Below, in pieces: positions 8,432 to 12,125 of a stretch of 12,125 bases of DNA. A program made the position numbers and the translations under genes. Source of the stretch: Candidatus Hydrogenedentota bacterium (GTDB lineage Bacteria > Hydrogenedentota > Hydrogenedentia > Hydrogenedentales > SLHB01); contig JAWXCN010000118.1 in the NCBI GenBank assembly GCA_034408725.1, forward strand, positions 1 to 12,125. The letters are read 5' to 3'. Positions within the stretch are counted from its first letter, which is position 1; each line of letters begins with the position of its first letter. The notes below the pieces were generated by a model. It worked only from the letters and a program-made list of their open reading frames with translations. It was not told the origin of the DNA and did not search any database.

Positions 8432-10886
8432 CCGCGTCGAGCACGAAACGAACTTTGCGGGCAAGTGCCTCCGGAGCAAAGGGTTTTGGAAGAAATGAAA
8501 TCCCCTGCTCGAGCACCCCGTGGTGCACAATCGCGTCCTCGGTGTAGCCGGACATGTAAAGCACTTTCAGGTCGCGGTGCTTCATTCGTAGTTGCTCGGC
8601 GAGTTCGCGGCCGCTGATCTTTGGCATCACGACGTCGGTAAGCAGGAGATCAATTGCGCCGTGATAGTTCGCGGCCAAGCCCAACGCGCTTTGGCCGTCG
8701 GATGCCTCGAGCACCGTGTAGCCTCGTTCAATCAAGGTCTGACAGGTGATGGCGCGAACCATTGGTTCATCTTCGACCAGTAGAATCGTTTCATTGCCGC
8801 CTGCCGCGGGCCGTGCTGGCGCGCGGGTTATGTTGGCGGCTTCACCAGAAACGCGCGGCAGATAGATTTTGAATGTCGTGCCGTTACCAGGTTCGCTATA
8901 GACCCAAATGTGGCCGCCAACCTGTTTCACGATGCCGTAGCAAGTGGCCAGGCCGAGCCCAGTGCCTTTGCCGTCTTCCTTTGTCGTGAAGAACGGTTCA
9001 AAGATATGGCGTCGAATTTCTTCCGGCATACCCATGCCCGTATCGCTCATCGCAAGCATGACATAGTCGCCGGGCGTCACGTCGGGATGGTACTTTGCGT
9101 AATCATCATCCAACACGACGTGCTCAATTTCGAGCGTTAGTTTTCCGCCGTCGAGCATGGCGTCACGCGCATTGACTGCAAGATTGACCACCACCTGCTC
9201 GAACTGGCCCGGATCAATACAGACAATCGCCGGGTCCGCCGATGGAAAGGTTACGAGATCGATGTCTTCGCCGATCAACCGGCGCAGCAGTTTTTCCAGA
9301 TTCAGCGTCAACGTGTTGAGGTTAGTATTGCGCGGCTCGACGATTTGTTTGCGCGCAAACGCCAGGAGCTGCCGCGTGAGTTCCGCGGCGCGTTGCGCGG
9401 CATGCGTGACCTGCTCAATCTGCCCACGCACCTTGCTTCCTTCCGGAATGCTTTCGAGGGCGAAGTCGCAGTAGCCCATGATCGCCGTCAACAGGTTATT
9501 GAAATCGTGGGCGACACCGCCGGCGAGCCGGCCGATGCCTTCCATCTTCTGCGAGTGCAGGAGCTGTTGTTCGAGAGTTTCGCGTTCCGTGATGTCACGC
9601 GAATTAATCACCGCGCCTTCAATGTCGGGGTCACTCATCATGCTGCGGCCCACGGATTCAAGGGTCTTCCAGGTGCCGTTCTTGTGCATGCACCGAAAGC
9701 GCATGGACCGGGAAAGTTCGGGACTTCGCAACGCCTCGGTGAACGTCTTCAAGATACGGACCCGATCATCGGGATGTACCAGTTCAAAGACGTTTCGTCC
9801 CGTCAGTTCGTTCGGCTGGTATCCGAGAATCCCCGTAATTGAAGGGCTTTCGTAGCGAATCGTGCCGTCGAAATTCAAAACAGTGATCAAGTCCTGGGCG
9901 TTTTCCGTCAGCGCGCGGAAATACCGCTCGTTTCGCGACAGCACCTCTTCCTCGCGTTTGCGATCCGTGATGTCTTGCATGAGACCAATCGTCTCGGTGA
10001 TGAGACCATCCGAGCCGACAACTTCGACGGAATTGTCGTTTATCCACTTCTCATCGCCTAAGCGGGTGCGAATGCGGTATTCGCGCTGCCAATTGCGCAC
10101 TGCTCCACCCGCTATAAGCCGGCCAATTTCGTCTACGGGGGTGCCCGCCAGCGGTCCGACATAGCGGGTTTCGTCCGGCAGGCTTTGCAGTCGATCAAAG
10201 GTGAGTTCGTCCGGGGTGAATCCGGTCAGCCGATAAATGTGATCATCGTAGAACGTGTACGACTTGGTTGCCCAATTGATGCGATAGGGGATCGCACCTG
10301 CCTGCGTGATCGCGGCACGATAGACGTTATCCTGTTCGATCAATGCGTCGGCGAGATGGCGCCGGTGAACGGCCTCGGCAACCAACCCCTGTTGCTCGTG
10401 CAGCAACCGGGATTCAGCAGTAATCGTCTCAAGCAGGGCGAAATACAGGCTGGACAGCAACAACAGCATGCCGAGCACAACACCCACCCAGCGCGCCGTG
10501 TCGTGGAACGCCCCAGCGTCACCAAGGATTGGCCACGAATTGATGGCGGAGATATCATCCGTTACTCCAAGCCCCTGGGAACCGATCAGAAAAAACGTGG
10601 AAGCCAGCATCATGCGCTTCAAAGAGCGAGCGCCGCGGATGCGCGCCACGAGGTAGACCCCTGGGGCGAGGACGACACAGATTCCGAGGGTGGTGATTAG
10701 GCCGACGATTATGTTGTGGCCCGGCCAAACACCCTTAAGTATGTGGGCGAAGACTTCAATCACAAAAGCGATAAATAGAACCCCGAACACACCCATGCCC
10801 GAACGCGACTTTCCGATTGCGACCGCACTGTCCGAATGCGTGCCGCTGATCCTGGCAAAGCTGTTATGTGCTGCGAGCGTGCTCAT
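8400..10886 (-). CDS. Membrane-anchored PAS-PAS hybrid sensor histidine kinase/response regulator (CckA-like architecture)
   Basis: 828 aa. About four N-terminal hydrophobic segments, two PAS/PAC domains (ending QDITDRK and RDITER), H-box [12 protein letters not shown]-box [11 protein letters not shown]1 DTGMGM, F-box FEPFFTTK, G2 GTGLGL, receiver ILLVEDE...[10 protein letters not shown]...KPF. 3' end overlaps hflX by 32 bp. Confidence 0.95.
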   Translation of the reverse strand: MSTLAAHNSFARISGTHSDSAVAIGKSRSGMGVFGVLFIAFVIEVFAHILKGVWPGHNIIVGLITTLGICVVLAPGVYLVARIRGARSLKRMMLASTFFLIGSQGLGVTDDISAINSWPILGDAGAFHDTARWVGVVLGMLLLLSSLYFALLETITAESRLLHEQQGLVAEAVHRRHLADALIEQDNVYRAAITQAGAIPYRINWATKSYTFYDDHIYRLTGFTPDELTFDRLQSLPDETRYVGPLAGTPVDEIGRLIAGGAVRNWQREYRIRTRLGDEKWINDNSVEVVGSDGLITETIGLMQDITDRKREEEVLSRNERYFRALTENAQDLITVLNFDGTIRYESPSITGILGYQPNELTGRNVFELVHPDDRVRILKTFTEALRSPELSRSMRFRCMHKNGTWKTLESVGRSMMSDPDIEGAVINSRDITERETLEQQLLHSQKMEGIGRLAGGVAHDFNNLLTAIMGYCDFALESIPEGSKVRGQIEQVTHAAQRAAELTRQLLAFARKQIVEPRNTNLNTLTLNLEKLLRRLIGEDIDLVTFPSADPAIVCIDPGQFEQVVVNLAVNARDAMLDGGKLTLEIEHVVLDDDYAKYHPDVTPGDYVMLAMSDTGMGMPEEIRRHIFEPFFTTKEDGKGTGLGLATCYGIVKQVGGHIWVYSEPGNGTTFKIYLPRVSGEAANITRAPARPAAGGNETILLVEDEPMVRAITCQTLIERGYTVLEASDGQSALGLAANYHGAIDLLLTDVVMPKISGRELAEQLRMKHRDLKVLYMSGYTEDAIVHHGVLEQGISFLPKPFAPEALARKVRFVLDAATKTPALARL

Positions 10887-11042
10887 GAATGCTCTATTTG
10901 CCTTTCGGTTTTGCTGACCGACGAAAGGAAGGTCCTTTTCGGACTTACTTGGGGAATGGTGGCTCAGACGTGTGGCTCACCGCAAAGGCGCATGGTCTTG
11001 GATTTACTCATTCGGGTATCTCCTGCTAATACCGCTTACACC

Positions 11043-11060
11043 GTAATTGTATACAATTAC
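11043..11060. promoter_or_regulatory. Perfect 18-bp palindrome, candidate transcription-factor operator
   Basis: GTAATTGTA|TACAATTAC in the AT-rich region between the divergent kinase and TPR genes. Confidence 0.55.
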
Positions 11061-11292
11061 TCAAGACAAACGCTATTTTGGCATAAAATACTTATTTAGT
11101 CAATTAAAAATATTAATGGAAATATTGTATATACGGTCATTACGGTGTATACGATATAGATTTTAATCTAAATCATTGAAGCAGCATGTTTTAGAGCAAA
11201 AAGCACCCCTGCGCCATCTTCCCTATTCAATTGGAATTCTTCGGAGGCGCATGTGTAGTATCCCGGCAAGCATGTTCCGTTCTTTCAACATA

Positions 11293-12125
11293 ATGAGGCC
11301 CATGATCAACTTACGTCTCCTGTTTCTGTTTGCGTTTTCGGTTGTTGCGCTGGTCTACGGACAAGATTTCGGCGTGTCGGGTATCAAGGCGAACGTTGAA
11401 GAGGCATTTCGGGCGCGCCAGGCCAGCGCCGATGCATTCGCGCAAGGAAACGCGGAGGAGGGACAGAGCCAGGCCCAGCGGTCAGCGTCCCTGTTCCGCG
11501 AGGCGCGTGCGAGCTACGAGTCTATGCGGGCCGATGAATCCGTGGATGTTGGAGTGTTGGTTGACTATGCCGGCCTGCTCAACGAGATGGAAGACTACGA
11601 TCTTGCCGAGAACGCATTGCTGCGCGCCGCCGCGATTGCCCCTGGCGATGCCGCGGTCTGGCTCAAACTGGGCCAGACGCAAGCCGCGCTAGGACCTGCA
11701 AGCGAGTCGCGAGCGATCCGATCGCTGCGTAGGGCGGCGGACATCGAACCCAGCTCCCAATCGACGGTCGAAGCGCATGCGTCGCTCGGCGCGTTGTACC
11801 AGCAGGCCGGTTTGTATGAGTTCGCGCGCGAAGCGTTCAACGAAGCATTAGAGTTGGACCCAGACCATATTGGTTCGCGGTTAACCATTGCATCATTGGA
11901 CGCGCGCGAGGGCAAAATGGTGGAAGCTGAGGCAGCCTTCGATTCGATTGAAGCGTTATCGCCCGAGCATGGGGGATACATCAAGCGGACCCTGGGCCCT
12001 TCACTGGATGAATTTGCGGCGTCGCGCCGTTGGTTGCCGGATACGGCCGACGCGCATTTTGCGTATGCCAAGCTGCTTGTGCGCGTGGATCGCATTGAAG
12101 ACAGCGTTTGGCCGCTGCTTCGATC
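11293..12125 (+). CDS. Secreted tetratricopeptide-repeat (TPR) protein, 3' truncated by the window
   Basis: Open frame to the window end, absent from the ORF track. MRPMINLRLLFLFAFSVVALVYGQ signal-like N-terminus, then TPR motifs YAGLLNEMEDYDLAENALLRAAAIAPGD, AVWLKLGQTQ...AIRSLRRAADIEP, AHASLGALYQQAGLYEFAREAFNEALELDPDH and AHFAYAKLL. Alternative in-frame ATGs at 11251, 11272 and 11302. Confidence 0.88.
   Translation, partial: MRPMINLRLLFLFAFSVVALVYGQDFGVSGIKANVEEAFRARQASADAFAQGNAEEGQSQAQRSASLFREARASYESMRADESVDVGVLVDYAGLLNEMEDYDLAENALLRAAAIAPGDAAVWLKLGQTQAALGPASESRAIRSLRRAADIEPSSQSTVEAHASLGALYQQAGLYEFAREAFNEALELDPDHIGSRLTIASLDAREGKMVEAEAAFDSIEALSPEHGGYIKRTLGPSLDEFAASRRWLPDTADAHFAYAKLLVRVDRIEDSVWPLLR

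Noticed and set aside
8400-10886. Gene symbol cckA
   Set aside because: The architecture is shared by many hybrid kinases; orthology cannot be shown from the sequence alone.
11330-12095. ORF-track calls 11330-11692 (+), 11482-11682 (-) and 11595-12095 (-)
   Set aside because: Shadow frames of the TPR gene.

Overview
GC-rich bacterial chromosomal segment with two parts. Left (1-3880): the 3' end of a type I restriction-modification locus. A 5'-truncated four-helix-bundle (Avd-like fold, 'suffix domain' subtype) gene carries an in-frame array of 9-bp GTGGAC repeats followed by an inverted GTCCAC block. It is translationally coupled to a complete hsdR, and a second short array of the same 9-bp motif lies just after hsdR. 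Right: a minus-strand secreted HEAT-repeat protein with an apparent 1-nt frameshift near its C-terminus; an unassigned ~115-nt structured RNA with its own sigma70 promoter and terminator; a xylose-isomerase-fold protein that seems to have lost most metal and catalytic residues; a terminator-like hairpin built from a parS-like sequence; a long-form hflX that may start at ATT; a convergent membrane-bound PAS-PAS hybrid histidine kinase; an AT-rich divergent intergenic region with palindromes; and a 3'-truncated secreted TPR protein missing from the ORF track. Best leads: the four-helix-bundle/9-bp repeat system, the orphan structured RNA and the putative pseudo-isomerase upstream of hflX. All family assignments are by eye from motifs; no searches were run.
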